Assembly: GCA_964654485.1 (NCBI GenBank)
Contig: CAZZJI010000007.1
Coordinates: 3,276 to 67,275 of the forward strand
From: an uncultured Gammaproteobacteria bacterium
GTDB lineage: Bacteria; Pseudomonadota; Gammaproteobacteria; SG8-11
Length of the DNA: 64,000 nt
Reading direction: 5' to 3'
Part shown: positions 11,122 to 22,231 of the stretch, one piece after another
Layout of the letters: each line of letters opens with the position of its first letter
Position numbering within the stretch: the first letter of the stretch is position 1
Made by a program: the position numbers and the translations under genes
The notes under the pieces: generated by a model
What the model was told of the DNA's origin: nothing
The model's database searches: none
Seen by the model: only the letters and a program-made list of their open reading frames with translations

Positions 11122-12288
11122 CTATTTTACTTTAGGCTGTAGAACCTGCTCTAACTCATCCAACTCTTGCTGCAATTTAGGTGGAATAAAAGTACCCGAA
11201 GAACCCGTGTGAGAAAAGCTGACATACTCCTTGTATTCGTCCAAACAGCGTTTAGCATAGGGGTGGTCTGGGTGTTTGATAATGCATTGTTTAAGATAAA
11301 GGTCTGCTAGGGAAAAATAAAAATTGTACCCAATTGAACGGTCGCTGACTGCTAACCAGAATATAAGGATGGGTATTTCACTCTCTTTAGGTTTATTGTT
11401 CAAATATTGATAGAGCCGACCACGCAACCAAACTAGCGCTATTTCTTCTTCCGGTGTTGAAATTATGCTGGTTAGTGGTTTATCCAGATCCCCAAAACTT
11501 TGCTTAACGTATTTTTCCAATGTACTAAAATTTGTATTGCCTACGTCTTTTGCACCCTGGGCCTCAAGGTTTTTCAGGCCAGCTATCCATTTTGCCAGAT
11601 GGCTTTTTGTTGTGTGAGTGTGTTTCTCTAATGTAAGGTATTTTTCTAATTGTTTGGCGCCTTCGCCAGGTTTATTATATATTTGCGTATAAATTGTAAT
11701 AATTCGTTGTAGTGGTTGGGCGATAGCGAGCTCCGTTTTTTTCTGATTGGATGTCAGGTGTTTGTCATAGAACTTTATTGCTTCGCTATAGTTACGGGTT
11801 ACAAAATTAAATTCGGCATATGCGATATCACTGCTAAACTGGTTACGCTTGGTTCCTGAAAAAAGGGTCCTTAGTTTTGTATCTTGCGTGTGACATGAGG
11901 CGCAAATTGACCCAAGTGCGTAAAGCTGACTTCGGGCATAACTTGGGTCCTGTTTCTTAAACGCCAGTATTACTTCTTGTAGATAATCAAGCGCGTAATC
12001 ATAAGATACCTGGTAAGTATCAGATTTTCCTTTTATATATGGCCCGGCTTTTTGAAATAAATCGTGTAGTTTGGAAACTGACCGTTGCATTTCGTTTCTT
12101 TCGCTGTCAGTAATCGCACGTTTGGCCATAATGAGGGGAAATAGCTCAACCATTGTTTTGCCAATTTCAGACATCACTTGGTTGAGAGAAGAGGGGTTAA
12201 GAGAAGCAGGTGTAACAGCTCCAGTGGGGCTGGCCGCGTTAGCCTGATAAGTGATCGCTAGTAAGATAATGAATATGATTTTATGCAT
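11122..12288 (-). CDS. Secreted hypothetical protein with a single CxxCH heme c-binding motif
   Basis: Signal peptide MHKIIFIILLAITYQANA. Motif CASCH in GSICASCHTQ. 388 aa. Last gene of a minus-strand operon with the B12-rSAM gene. Confidence 0.5.
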   Translation of the reverse strand: MHKIIFIILLAITYQANAASPTGAVTPASLNPSSLNQVMSEIGKTMVELFPLIMAKRAITDSERNEMQRSVSKLHDLFQKAGPYIKGKSDTYQVSYDYALDYLQEVILAFKKQDPSYARSQLYALGSICASCHTQDTKLRTLFSGTKRNQFSSDIAYAEFNFVTRNYSEAIKFYDKHLTSNQKKTELAIAQPLQRIITIYTQIYNKPGEGAKQLEKYLTLEKHTHTTKSHLAKWIAGLKNLEAQGAKDVGNTNFSTLEKYVKQSFGDLDKPLTSIISTPEEEIALVWLRGRLYQYLNNKPKESEIPILIFWLAVSDRSIGYNFYFSLADLYLKQCIIKHPDHPYAKRCLDEYKEYVSFSHTGSSGTFIPPKLQQELDELEQVLQPKVK

Positions 12289-12319
12289 AGGTGTATATTG
12301 CTACGTTGTATTACTATAA

Positions 12320-13921
12320 TTAAATTTTTTTCTGGCTATCCAGGTCTGGTTCGTATTCTTTTACAAGTAAACCACCACGGCCGGCGAGTATACTTGCAAG
12401 CTTGGCTTTAAAGAAACCGAGAGCAAAGCGCATTAAACGCATAAAGTGGTTTGGGTATTGAAGCGTGAGCTTCATATAATAATGCCCAATTGATGGGCGC
12501 CGGTAGAAGGCCTTTAATATTTCCTGGTAATGGCGATCTAGTTCTTTGACAGTAATGCCTTCTGGCGCCCAAACAAAATTCATTCCATTCATTTTCTTCC
12601 AGTGGTCATCACGAATATTGGTGCCGTAGAGGTCTCGATATATAGGGGAGCCCGGGTAAGGCGTGAATTTGGTTAAATTCATTATAGTCATTGGGATATT
12701 GCGAATAAAATGTTTAGTTTGCCGGATGGTATTTTCATTTTCACCTGGGAAACCCAGCATAAATAAGCCTTTAGTGCGAATTCCTGCTTCATCAGTCCAT
12801 TTAATCGCTTGTGCTGATTTTTCAACTTCTGCAAGTTTATCCATTTTTTTCAATAACTCATTGGATCCAGTTTCCAGGCCAAAACTGATTTCCCAGCAGC
12901 CGGCTTGTTTCATAATTTTTAAAACATCCGGTTTTACTGTATCAACGCGGGCAGTACAGCTCCACGTTATTTTTAAGCCGCTTTCCAATAATAATTCGCA
13001 TAATTCGGTTACACGTACTTTGCTGGCAAGAAATAAATCATCAACAAAGCCAATATGACGAATTCCATACTTTTCATGCAAATGTTTCATCATTTGAAAT
13101 ACAACTTTGGGTGAATAGTGACGTACGCGTGCGCCAAAAGTGGATGTGTCACAAAATTTACAATGAAATGGGCAGCCTCTTGATGCCGCGATTGTTGCAA
13201 CAGGCCCTCGAGGAAAATCGTATATTGCCGGTTTATATCGATTGGGAAAGTTTGGTAGTAAGTCCCACGCAGGGAAGGGCAACTCGTCTAAAATACGATT
13301 AATCGGCTTACCGGCAGTCTTTTGTACAAACGGGCCCTTGCGATAAAGAATACCAGGTACATTAAAAAGATCTTTGTCATTCTCCAATGCGTCTAACAAC
13401 TCCACTAGAATCTTTTCACCTTCACCATCAACAGCGTAGTCAAATTCTTTAAATCGCTCTAGTGTTTCTGGACCCATTGAAGAAATATGCGGTCCCCCGA
13501 CAATGATAATAGTTTCCGGCAGGGCATCCTTGATTTGTTTAGCGATGTTGACTGCGTTCCACACGCCGACTGTAAACAAGGTAACACCTACATATTTGGG
13601 TCGTTGTTTAATAATTTTTCTTGCAACCTCATTAACACTGAGATTTTGAATATCACTTTCGATAATTGAAGGGAGATAACCGTGCTCACGCACTTCGGCG
13701 GCCAAATGCAGCAAACCAAGCGAAGGAGAATTATTGGTAATGTGCTTTACAAACTCGTAACCTGGTGCGATGCGTTCGTAGGGAGGATTAATAAAGACGA
13801 TGCTTTTATTAACGGTCGTGGTATTATTAACGGACGTAGTATGGATTGGCATGGCGGTAATTGTAACATGTCCGGCGAGATTCGGCGATTGTGCTTCATA
13901 TACAGGTCGAAAATTGGCCAA
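12320..13921 (-). CDS. B12-binding domain-containing radical SAM protein (class B rSAM)
   Basis: N-terminal Rossmann-like cobalamin-binding region (IIIVGGPHISS). Radical SAM cluster motif CPFHCKFC. 533 aa. Confidence 0.75.
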   Translation of the reverse strand: MANFRPVYEAQSPNLAGHVTITAMPIHTTSVNNTTTVNKSIVFINPPYERIAPGYEFVKHITNNSPSLGLLHLAAEVREHGYLPSIIESDIQNLSVNEVARKIIKQRPKYVGVTLFTVGVWNAVNIAKQIKDALPETIIIVGGPHISSMGPETLERFKEFDYAVDGEGEKILVELLDALENDKDLFNVPGILYRKGPFVQKTAGKPINRILDELPFPAWDLLPNFPNRYKPAIYDFPRGPVATIAASRGCPFHCKFCDTSTFGARVRHYSPKVVFQMMKHLHEKYGIRHIGFVDDLFLASKVRVTELCELLLESGLKITWSCTARVDTVKPDVLKIMKQAGCWEISFGLETGSNELLKKMDKLAEVEKSAQAIKWTDEAGIRTKGLFMLGFPGENENTIRQTKHFIRNIPMTIMNLTKFTPYPGSPIYRDLYGTNIRDDHWKKMNGMNFVWAPEGITVKELDRHYQEILKAFYRRPSIGHYYMKLTLQYPNHFMRLMRFALGFFKAKLASILAGRGGLLVKEYEPDLDSQKKI

Positions 13922-13970
13922 TTTGATCTAATAATTTATTTCCCATTTTAAGATGCGGGTATTCAGATGC

Positions 13971-14627
13971 TTATAACTGCAATGCACGACTGTAATAATT
14001 TATCAATGTAGATCCAGCTTCTTCAGCTGTCTTTCCATAACTAATTACACCGTCTCGATGTCCCTTCATGCAAATTATGTGATCTTCCAACTTAGTTAAA
14101 TCTGATATTAACCGTTTTATTTCATTCGCCATATCAGATGTGCCATATTGAACATTTTCTTTGGTTTCCCGAATATTTAATTGTTTTGTATTTTCCCAGA
14201 TTACTGGGCTATGCACATGAAAAACAAACTGGATGTCAGCATTTGCTTGATACATTGCACCATGTGTTAATGCTTCAGAAGACGGTCTGATAGGACCTGT
14301 TGCTTTAATTTTATTTTGATCGGGATCACATTGCGTGACAATGGTGTAATGCGAGTTATCCAGATCGGGCAGGTGGCCGGTTTGTGTACCGCTAATCAAA
14401 TATTCGCCCGCGTATCGACGCTTTTCTTTAGAATTTAAACGGCGGCTTACATTGCCATAGCTAAATCCGTCATAACGTTCGGGATTTTGGCCGATTAGTT
14501 TAAGTAGAAAAAGAACCTTTCTCCAGGCACTGAGTTCTTTCAAATCAACACAATCAAGAGATGTGCTTTCGATATAGTCGAACTCATATTTTACTACACC
14601 TTCAATTTCTGACATGCAATTATCCAT
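13971..14627 (-). CDS. Class II aldolase/adducin-family protein (FucA-like fold)
   Basis: PSSEALTHGAMYQ...VFHVHSP resembles the fuculose-phosphate aldolase PSSE...HxH metal-binding pattern. 218 aa. About 50 bp upstream of the rSAM gene on the same strand. Confidence 0.55.
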   Translation of the reverse strand: MDNCMSEIEGVVKYEFDYIESTSLDCVDLKELSAWRKVLFLLKLIGQNPERYDGFSYGNVSRRLNSKEKRRYAGEYLISGTQTGHLPDLDNSHYTIVTQCDPDQNKIKATGPIRPSSEALTHGAMYQANADIQFVFHVHSPVIWENTKQLNIRETKENVQYGTSDMANEIKRLISDLTKLEDHIICMKGHRDGVISYGKTAEEAGSTLINYYSRALQL

Positions 14628-15139
14628 GTGAAATAACTAAAATTTTCTTACGTAGCCATTATACTCTTGTAATGCGATGCATTCATGTGCTGTGTAATGC
14701 TGTGCTTTTTATTAGATGCCATTGTATAACACAGTCTGTCTTTGACAAAAATACGAGCGAATCTGACTGCAAGAGTGTAAAAATCGTTGTTTGGGCTTAT
14801 ATTTGTTGTATATAGAATTTTAATTAGGTGCAGAATATGTTGTGGCAGCGTTTTCACCATAAAGGAATTCCAGCGTATTTGGCAAAGCCGGAGCCATTTT
14901 CACCCAATTTTTGGCGGCAAAATTTACATAATAATCTCATTGAGTCTGCGCAAAAAGCGGGGAAAGAGGTAAGAAGTTATCGCCAACAATTGTTTTTTAA
15001 TAAATTCTATCGTGTCGTTATATGTGAACTATTAAAAATATTAACCGTGCTAACAACGCACGAGATGGAATTGATCTTTGACGCAATAGCGAGCATGATG
15101 GAAGTAAGAAGTTCATTAAATTTGAAAAGGGGGGCAACA

Positions 15140-15724
15140 ATGTCCCAATTTCGAAATGCGATAATTATCATCGTTTTGCTATTGCCTGCTCAGTTGCTAG
15201 CGAATAATACTCAAACGGGAATGGGTGCGGTCATTGGTAGCACCAGTGGGTTATTTCTACCGATTGCGGCAGGTGAGTTATTTATAGAGCCTTCCGTCTC
15301 TTTCAGAAAAAATGAAACAGATTCCACGACCATAAGCAACATCGCACGATCAGGTCGAAAATCCAGGACTGTCACGTTGGGTGTCGGACTATTTAAAAAC
15401 AAGCTAGTTGCCGAAAAGGTTTTTCTTTATTATGGCGCCAGGATAGGACTTGTCAAAAGAAAAATAACGGAAACTACTGCACCGACCTCAATTCTATCTG
15501 CATCGTCCAGCACTATCTCAGATGATGGTTTTTTTATCTCGCCAACCGTCGGCGCCCAATATTATTTTGTTCCTCAATTTAGCGCTGGCCTGGATCTCGC
15601 ATTACAATTTAGCAAAACGGATGGAAAAGAGGCGTTGACAGCTGGGGGAATCACTGTTACAGCCAATACTAAGGATACGTCTTCTTCGACAACGGCGACA
15701 GTGATAGTGAGATACTTGTTTTGA
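15140..15724 (+). CDS. Small outer-membrane beta-barrel protein (OmpW/OmpA-like 8-strand type)
   Basis: Signal peptide MSQFRNAIIIIVLLLPAQLLANN. Alternating hydrophobic strands. C-terminal ...VIVRYLF aromatic terminus. The in-frame ORF extends upstream to 14828 but that extension precedes the signal peptide. Confidence 0.55.
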   Translation: MSQFRNAIIIIVLLLPAQLLANNTQTGMGAVIGSTSGLFLPIAAGELFIEPSVSFRKNETDSTTISNIARSGRKSRTVTLGVGLFKNKLVAEKVFLYYGARIGLVKRKITETTAPTSILSASSSTISDDGFFISPTVGAQYYFVPQFSAGLDLALQFSKTDGKEALTAGGITVTANTKDTSSSTTATVIVRYLF

Positions 15725-15832
15725 CGTTTTATAATAATTAATCAGAGGTTGCCTAATGAATTATACTGCGAGTGGTGTTCCAACTACTACGATGCACTAA
15801 ATAGTCAAAACGGAGACTACCTAAAATAAATC

Positions 15833-18586
15833 ATGACTGGTTCCAGCGTGACGCAAAACAATACACATAATGTTGAATTATCTCCCCATAGTTTATCAGT
15901 AGACGCTGTTTTATCAAAACTGGGTGTGTCAAAGCATGGTCTTTCTCACAGCGATGTTACGCAGCGCATAGAACGTTATGGTCCAAATACATTCCCGAAA
16001 ACTAAACCGCCAGGTGTGCTATCCATATTTTTAACGCAATTTACTAGCCCTCTGATATACGTTTTATTAGCAGCAGCACTTTTATCCCTGCTCATTCAAG
16101 AGTGGTCGGATGCGGGGTTTATATTTTTAGTACTTTTGGTCAATGCCATTATTGGCTCAGTACAGGAACTTTCCGCTCAACGCTCTGCCTCAGCGCTTCA
16201 GGAATTAGTTTCAATTTATTGCAGAGTATTGCGAATAAGTGACGATAATAAAAGTGACGTTACAAAAAGCGACAGTTATGAAATAAATGCAAATCAACTA
16301 GTACCAGGGGATATTGTACTTTTAGAGCAGGGTGATCGTGTTCCTGCGGATATTCGATTATTGGATTGCCATGATTTGGAAGCAGATGAGTCATTGTTAA
16401 CCGGTGAGTCTCGTACGGTATTAAAAAATGCACAAACGATATTTAATACTGATATTGTTCTCGCTGATCGGACTAATATGGCGTTTGCGGGCAGTATGAT
16501 TATCCGTGGACGCGCCACGGGTGTAGTGGTTACAACTGCACTGAATACAGAACTTGGCCATATTGCTGAAGCGGTACTGAATAAACCACTAACCAAACCA
16601 CCACTTGTATTGCGGTTGGAAAAATTTACTCATGGTATTGCGGTTGTTGTTGTTATTGCTGCACTGATTATGGCTGGCGTGGCATACGGTCGTGGTACGC
16701 CGCTTAATGAAATATTTTTTCTTGCCGTCGCCCTGGCGGTATCCGCAATACCAGAAGGCTTACCAGTGGCACTGACTGTGGCGCTCGCAATTGGTATGCG
16801 CCGAATGGCGCGCCGCAATGTAATTATTCGAAGGTTGGTTGCAGTTGAATCATTAGGGTCATGCACTTTTATTGCTTCAGACAAAACTGGTACATTAACA
16901 GTAAATCAGTTAACGGTATCTCAGATTGTTTCACCGAATATTGCACCTTGGGAAGTGACTGGACAAGGTGTCACTCCCATAGGAAACATAATATCGACGA
17001 ATGGTGAATTAACGAATACTGAGAGAGTTCGACTTAAACATTTATGTTTGGCAGCGGTATTATCAAACGACGGATTTCTCGGGCATCGTGAGCATGGCTG
17101 GAGTACTCACGGCGATGCTGTTGATATTGCGTTATTAGTTATGGCTCACAAAGCAGGTATTACTAAAGCCGATGTTGAAAACGAATATGCTGAGCAGGCC
17201 ATTATCCCGTTTGAATCGGAACGATTGTTTTCGGCTAGCCTGAATCAGGTTGGTGATGGGCAATTTGCTTTCGTTAAGGGTGCGCTAGAGCGATTGCTTC
17301 CTATGTGTAATAAAATGCTTGGCAATGATGGTGACCTGCCTATCGATGGTCAATTACTGGAAAAACAGGCACACACTCTGGCTAGTCAGGGTTATCGTGT
17401 GCTTGCTCTTGCGTCGGGAAAAATTGCACTAAAGCAAGGAGAAGTATTTTCCGAGGAACACCTTCATTCACTTACTTTTCTTGGCCTGGTAGCAATGATA
17501 GACCCACTTCGTGTTGAGGCAAAACAAGCGATTATCGATTGCCAAAAAGCAGGGATCAAGGTTGCAATGGTGACCGGCGATCATCCTGCAACAGCACTGG
17601 CGATTGCACGCCAGCTCAATTTAACAGATGATATCAGCAAAGTTGTTACCGGTGGGGAGCTTAGACGTGCAAACACCCAGGATGCTTTTGATTCTATTAC
17701 ACGACAGGCACATGTATTTGCCAGAGTAGAACCGCAGCAGAAACTGGACATTGTTCAATCTTTGCAACGTAATGGGCATTTTGTCGCAGTGACAGGAGAT
17801 GGCGCCAATGATGCGCCTGCGCTGCATGCTGCACAGGTTGGCGTCGCGATGGGGAAAAATGGCACTGATGTTGCGCGTGAGTCTGCTGACATTATCACTA
17901 CTGATGATAATTTTGCGTCAATTGTATCAGGCATAGAGGAGGGGCGGGTTGCTTACGCCAATGTGCGTAAAGTTATTTTTTTACTGATATCAACCGGTGC
18001 AGCTGAATTAGTTCTGTTTACTTTAGCTTTAATTACGGCACAACCGCTACCCCTGCTGGCAGTACAGTTGTTATGGTTGAATTTAGTGACTAACGGTATA
18101 CAGGATGTAGCATTGGCCTTTGAACCCAAAGAGGGCGACGAGCTAAAACGACCGCCACGACCAACAACGGAAAGTGTTTTTAACCGACTTATGATTGAGC
18201 GGGTTATAGTGTCTGCATTGGTAATCGGGTTTGTTGCTTTTTTTCTTTTTCAGTGGCTACTAACTCAAGGGTATACAATTGAAGAAGCACGTAATGGTAC
18301 TTTGTTACTCATGGTGCTGTTTGAAAATATTCATGTATTTAATAGTCGATCAGAAACACGATCCGTATTTAAACACAATCCGTTACGAAACCCGATTTTG
18401 TTATTTGGAACTGCTGTGGCACAACTGATTCACATAGGCGCTATGTATACACCTTGGGTCAGTGATGTGCTACACATTCAACCTGTATCGCTGCTAAATT
18501 GGCTTAAGCTGTTAAGCCTTGCTTTGATTATATTGATGGTAATGGAAATACATAAATTGGTACGCAAAAATCTGGCTAATATGTGA
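15833..18586 (+). CDS. Cation-transporting P-type ATPase (P2-type, Ca2+/Mg2+-like)
   Basis: Phosphorylation motif DKTGTLT, TGDGANDAPAL hinge motif, N-terminal cation-ATPase domain, 10 predicted TM helices. 917 aa. Confidence 0.85.
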   Translation: MTGSSVTQNNTHNVELSPHSLSVDAVLSKLGVSKHGLSHSDVTQRIERYGPNTFPKTKPPGVLSIFLTQFTSPLIYVLLAAALLSLLIQEWSDAGFIFLVLLVNAIIGSVQELSAQRSASALQELVSIYCRVLRISDDNKSDVTKSDSYEINANQLVPGDIVLLEQGDRVPADIRLLDCHDLEADESLLTGESRTVLKNAQTIFNTDIVLADRTNMAFAGSMIIRGRATGVVVTTALNTELGHIAEAVLNKPLTKPPLVLRLEKFTHGIAVVVVIAALIMAGVAYGRGTPLNEIFFLAVALAVSAIPEGLPVALTVALAIGMRRMARRNVIIRRLVAVESLGSCTFIASDKTGTLTVNQLTVSQIVSPNIAPWEVTGQGVTPIGNIISTNGELTNTERVRLKHLCLAAVLSNDGFLGHREHGWSTHGDAVDIALLVMAHKAGITKADVENEYAEQAIIPFESERLFSASLNQVGDGQFAFVKGALERLLPMCNKMLGNDGDLPIDGQLLEKQAHTLASQGYRVLALASGKIALKQGEVFSEEHLHSLTFLGLVAMIDPLRVEAKQAIIDCQKAGIKVAMVTGDHPATALAIARQLNLTDDISKVVTGGELRRANTQDAFDSITRQAHVFARVEPQQKLDIVQSLQRNGHFVAVTGDGANDAPALHAAQVGVAMGKNGTDVARESADIITTDDNFASIVSGIEEGRVAYANVRKVIFLLISTGAAELVLFTLALITAQPLPLLAVQLLWLNLVTNGIQDVALAFEPKEGDELKRPPRPTTESVFNRLMIERVIVSALVIGFVAFFLFQWLLTQGYTIEEARNGTLLLMVLFENIHVFNSRSETRSVFKHNPLRNPILLFGTAVAQLIHIGAMYTPWVSDVLHIQPVSLLNWLKLLSLALIILMVMEIHKLVRKNLANM

Positions 18587-18598
18587 GTTGGTTATAGT

Positions 18599-19813
18599 TC
18601 AATTTCGGAACCGGTGAGAGAATTTTCTGTGTAACCATTTTAAAATGAGAGGGGGTAATAACGTGGTAAGCGCAATTACAATAATCATAGCTGCATAAAT
18701 CTCATTGTTAAAAATACCACTTTCGCGACCTAATTCGGCAAATATTAATCCAATTTCGCCACGTGGAATCATGGAAACGCCGATGATGGTTCGTTCCAAC
18801 CAGTTTTTTTGCAAAAGAAAAGCACCAGCTAATTTTCCGATGACTGCAACGGTAAGCAGGCTTAGAGAAAATACCCAGATATAGGAGGAACTCCAGTCTA
18901 TTTCACGTAGATTGAGTGACAAGCCTACCATGACAAAAAATATTGGGGTAAATAAATAAATGATTGGGTACATTTGTGTTTCAATGCGCTGAGTAAATTC
19001 ATCATCAGAAAGTGAACGTATCGATGTACCTAAGGGAATAAAAAAACGTCTTGAAAGGGCTAAACCCGCCGCAAAACCACCTAATAGTTCGGGTGCGCCT
19101 ACAACATACGCAAGCCATGCAAATAGCAGTACCAGTGAGACAATAGTGGTCGGGATTAAACCGGGTATTTCACTCGCTGCGTCAAAACGCCGAATAACGA
19201 TTGACATTAATTTTGCAACAAAGGGTGCTATCAGAAAAAAGGCGATAATGAATACGAATACTTTGCCACTATTGGCCAGATTAATTCCGCCTCCAATGGA
19301 AAATTCATAAAGTAAAGCCAATAGGATGACACCGATAATGTCATCCAGCACCGCAGCGCCAAGTACGATTTGGCCAGATGCAGTATTTAGGCGTTTTAAA
19401 TCAGTGAGTACTCGTACCGTGATGCCGATGCTAGTTGCCGTTAACGTTCCACCCACAAAAAGTGATACAAGCAAAGACAATTCAAATAACCAGAATGCCA
19501 GGACAAAACCAAGAATTAGCGGTAGTACAAATCCTACGAAGGCGACGATAATAGATTGTGTACCCGAATGTATCAGTTTTTTAATATCGGATTTGATTCC
19601 GACTTCAAAAAGCAGCAAGATTATACCGATTTCAGCGAGTAACTTTAACGCTTCTACGGGTTCTATCCAGCCAAATAAGCTTGGCCCCAACACAACGCCA
19701 GCACAGAGTTCTCCCAACACCGATGGAACACGAAGTCGAGTAGCAAGTTCGGCAAATATGCGTGCTGTTAGTAGGATTATGAGTAGACTTAGAAAAAACT
19801 CATGTGTTTCCAC
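18599..19813 (-). CDS. Cation:proton antiporter (Na+/H+ exchanger, CPA family)
   Basis: 404 aa, polytopic, typical Na_H_exchanger family composition (…ELGIILLLFEVGIKSDIK…). Confidence 0.7.
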   Translation of the reverse strand: METHEFFLSLLIILLTARIFAELATRLRVPSVLGELCAGVVLGPSLFGWIEPVEALKLLAEIGIILLLFEVGIKSDIKKLIHSGTQSIIVAFVGFVLPLILGFVLAFWLFELSLLVSLFVGGTLTATSIGITVRVLTDLKRLNTASGQIVLGAAVLDDIIGVILLALLYEFSIGGGINLANSGKVFVFIIAFFLIAPFVAKLMSIVIRRFDAASEIPGLIPTTIVSLVLLFAWLAYVVGAPELLGGFAAGLALSRRFFIPLGTSIRSLSDDEFTQRIETQMYPIIYLFTPIFFVMVGLSLNLREIDWSSSYIWVFSLSLLTVAVIGKLAGAFLLQKNWLERTIIGVSMIPRGEIGLIFAELGRESGIFNNEIYAAMIIVIALTTLLPPLILKWLHRKFSHRFRN

Positions 19814-20211
19814 GATATTTTCTCCATCTTTCGTATTTCTTTCTATTTTAGATCACAAAATATGAAAACAATACCGCTATATTGGCATTCGTGAACTAAA
19901 ATAACTATTAATATCAATGGGATAGAAAATTATTGTAAGTTTAGCAAAATTCTGGCTGTGCTAACCGGACGTGCTATCACTGTGAAATTAATCTAACCGG
20001 ATCGTCGAGTAATTGCGATAAATATCACTTAAGCCCGACAGGCTCTTAGGGTGATGACGCAACTAACCATAAAATAGTATAAAAAAAAGACAAATCAGTT
20101 GCGTTTATATTGCCACATTTTTAAATCGCCAATTGTTGTTGCGATATGCTTTAATAAATTATTTATACCCATTAATAAAATCCTTATGAAAATGAATCTA
20201 AACCTAATCCT

Positions 20212-21027
20212 ATGAAACGGCACAAGAAAAATTATCATCATCGTTGTGGTTCAGACCAGTCTGCCATTGCGGGGCTAAGGGATTGGTATCGCAGCGAACT
20301 TGGACAACGTTTATTAGAACAAGAAAAAATGACACTGGAGCCTTTAATCGCGAGTTTGTTTGGCTATCATCTGTTGCAAGTCGGGGTAGTGACGGAAGAA
20401 AGCTTGTTGCATACATCGTTGATTCCGAATTGTATGATTTTAGATATCAACATTGGTTCGGTTAATTTAAGTACAGAAATGAAGGGCAAAGTGTTTAGTG
20501 GTTTACCTGATGCATTACCGGTCGCCTCGGATAGCCTCGATGTAATGTTACTTCCGCATGTGCTCGAATTTAGCCGCGACCCACATCAGGTATTGAGAGA
20601 AGTAGATCGTGTACTCATTCCCGAAGGCCACGTGGTAATATCCGGATTTAATCCCTGGAGTAGTTGGTTAATTTGGCGTTTACTGCTTGGTTGGCGAAAA
20701 CAGCCGCCGTGGTGTGGCCGATTTGTGAGTCTGGCGCGACTCAAGGATTGGTTGAGATTATTAGGATTTGATATTATATCTGTTCAGCATGTTTTTTATC
20801 GTCCACCCATTCAACATGAGGGAATAATGAATAAGCTTTCTTTTGTTGATTCCATTGGGGAAAAATTCTGGCCAATATACGGTGCGAGTTATACGTTGGT
20901 AGCGAAGAAGCGTGTATTTACTTTTACACCGATAAAACCGAGGTGGAAACCTCGACGTTTTGTCCCCGATCGTATTGTAGAACCTCAGAACCGCGGGAAT
21001 ATACCGTATTCACTTGACGGGTACTAG
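20212..21027 (+). CDS. yafS: YafS-like class I SAM-dependent methyltransferase
   Basis: Resembles E. coli YafS ([35 protein letters not shown]). Conserved position immediately upstream of rnhA. Confidence 0.7.
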   Translation: MKRHKKNYHHRCGSDQSAIAGLRDWYRSELGQRLLEQEKMTLEPLIASLFGYHLLQVGVVTEESLLHTSLIPNCMILDINIGSVNLSTEMKGKVFSGLPDALPVASDSLDVMLLPHVLEFSRDPHQVLREVDRVLIPEGHVVISGFNPWSSWLIWRLLLGWRKQPPWCGRFVSLARLKDWLRLLGFDIISVQHVFYRPPIQHEGIMNKLSFVDSIGEKFWPIYGASYTLVAKKRVFTFTPIKPRWKPRRFVPDRIVEPQNRGNIPYSLDGY

Positions 21028-21028
21028 A

Positions 21029-21478
21029 ATGAAAAACGTGGATATATTTACAGACGGTGCCTGCAGGGGAAATCCGGGACCCGGAGGGTGGGGCGTATTG
21101 ATGCGCTACAATGGCAATGAAAAAAAAATACACGGCGGTGAGAATGATACGACCAATAACAGAATGGAATTAATGGCTGCAATCCAGGCATTGGAAAGAT
21201 TAAAAAAACCTTGTCGTGTTAACTTAACGACAGATTCAAAGTATGTCATAGATGGTATCACTTCCTGGATAGTGGATTGGAAGAAGCGGGACTGGAAAAC
21301 GGCGGCAAAAAAACCGGTGAAGAATGTTGATTTGTGGAAGCGTCTTGATATAGCCGTACAAGAACACGAAATTCAATGGCATTGGATAAAAGGGCACGCT
21401 GGGCATGAAGGCAATGAAATTGCGGATGAGCTGGCAAATCAGGGCATAGATGAACACCTTAGCCGGGCGGGGCGTTAG
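21029..21478 (+). CDS. rnhA: Ribonuclease HI
   Basis: [27 protein letters not shown]...[14 protein letters not shown] is canonical RNase H. ORF opens at 21014; ATG at 21029 fits the conserved N-terminus. Confidence 0.9.
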   Translation: MKNVDIFTDGACRGNPGPGGWGVLMRYNGNEKKIHGGENDTTNNRMELMAAIQALERLKKPCRVNLTTDSKYVIDGITSWIVDWKKRDWKTAAKKPVKNVDLWKRLDIAVQEHEIQWHWIKGHAGHEGNEIADELANQGIDEHLSRAGR

Positions 21479-21495
21479 GTGTAATAGGAACAACA

Positions 21496-22206
21496 ATGAG
21501 ACAAATCGTACTCGATACTGAAACAACTGGATTAGAACCGACACAGGGCCATCGAATTATCGAAATAGGTTGTGTCGAAATAATAAACAGGCGCCTTACT
21601 GGCAATAGATTCCATCAGTACTTGCGACCTGATCGGGAAATTGACGAAGCTGCGCTGAATGTTCACGGAATTACAACCGAATTTCTTGAGGACAAATCGC
21701 GTTTCGTCGAAGTAGTCGATGAATTCATTCAGTTTATAAAGGGTGCAGAATTAGTCATCCATAATGCGCCGTTTGATGTTGGGTTTATAAATAATGAATT
21801 TGATCTCTTAAATGGCGACTTTGAGCCTGTTTCAAAAATATGTGACGTAGTTGATACCTTGGCGCTTGCCCGTAAACTTCACCCTGGGCAAAAAAATAAT
21901 CTGGATGCGCTGTGTAAACGCTATGAAATTAATAATGCTCACCGTGAATTGCACGGGGCATTGTTAGATGCCGAAATTCTTGCGGATGTTTATTTAATAA
22001 TGACGGGTGGTCAGTCGAGTCTATTGTTAGATTCGACAACGTCAGAAGTGATAAATGTTCACAATGAAATAAAACGAGTTCCAGCGGATAGGCCGAAACT
22101 ATCTGTTCTCAATGCGGATGATAAGGAAATAGCTTTGCATGATGAATTATTAAATAAAATAAACCATTCATGTGATCAAGGTAATCTTTGGAATAGGCAA
22201 CTTTAA
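21496..22206 (+). CDS. dnaQ: DNA polymerase III epsilon subunit (3'-5' exonuclease)
   Basis: Exo I motif IVLDTETTG, Exo II HNAPFDVGF, Exo III HGALLDAEILADVY. 236 aa. Confidence 0.9.
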   Translation: MRQIVLDTETTGLEPTQGHRIIEIGCVEIINRRLTGNRFHQYLRPDREIDEAALNVHGITTEFLEDKSRFVEVVDEFIQFIKGAELVIHNAPFDVGFINNEFDLLNGDFEPVSKICDVVDTLALARKLHPGQKNNLDALCKRYEINNAHRELHGALLDAEILADVYLIMTGGQSSLLLDSTTSEVINVHNEIKRVPADRPKLSVLNADDKEIALHDELLNKINHSCDQGNLWNRQL

Positions 22207-22231
22207 TATACGCTATCGTTGTTTTTATTGC

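Noticed and set aside
12663-13058. 131-aa plus-strand ORF inside the B12-rSAM gene
   Set aside because: Antisense to a gene with clear rSAM motifs; no motif or context of its own.
14828-15139. 104-codon in-frame extension upstream of the outer-membrane protein signal peptide
   Set aside because: A cleavable signal peptide must be N-terminal; the extension probably reflects a stop-free upstream leader, not translated sequence. Kept only as a note.
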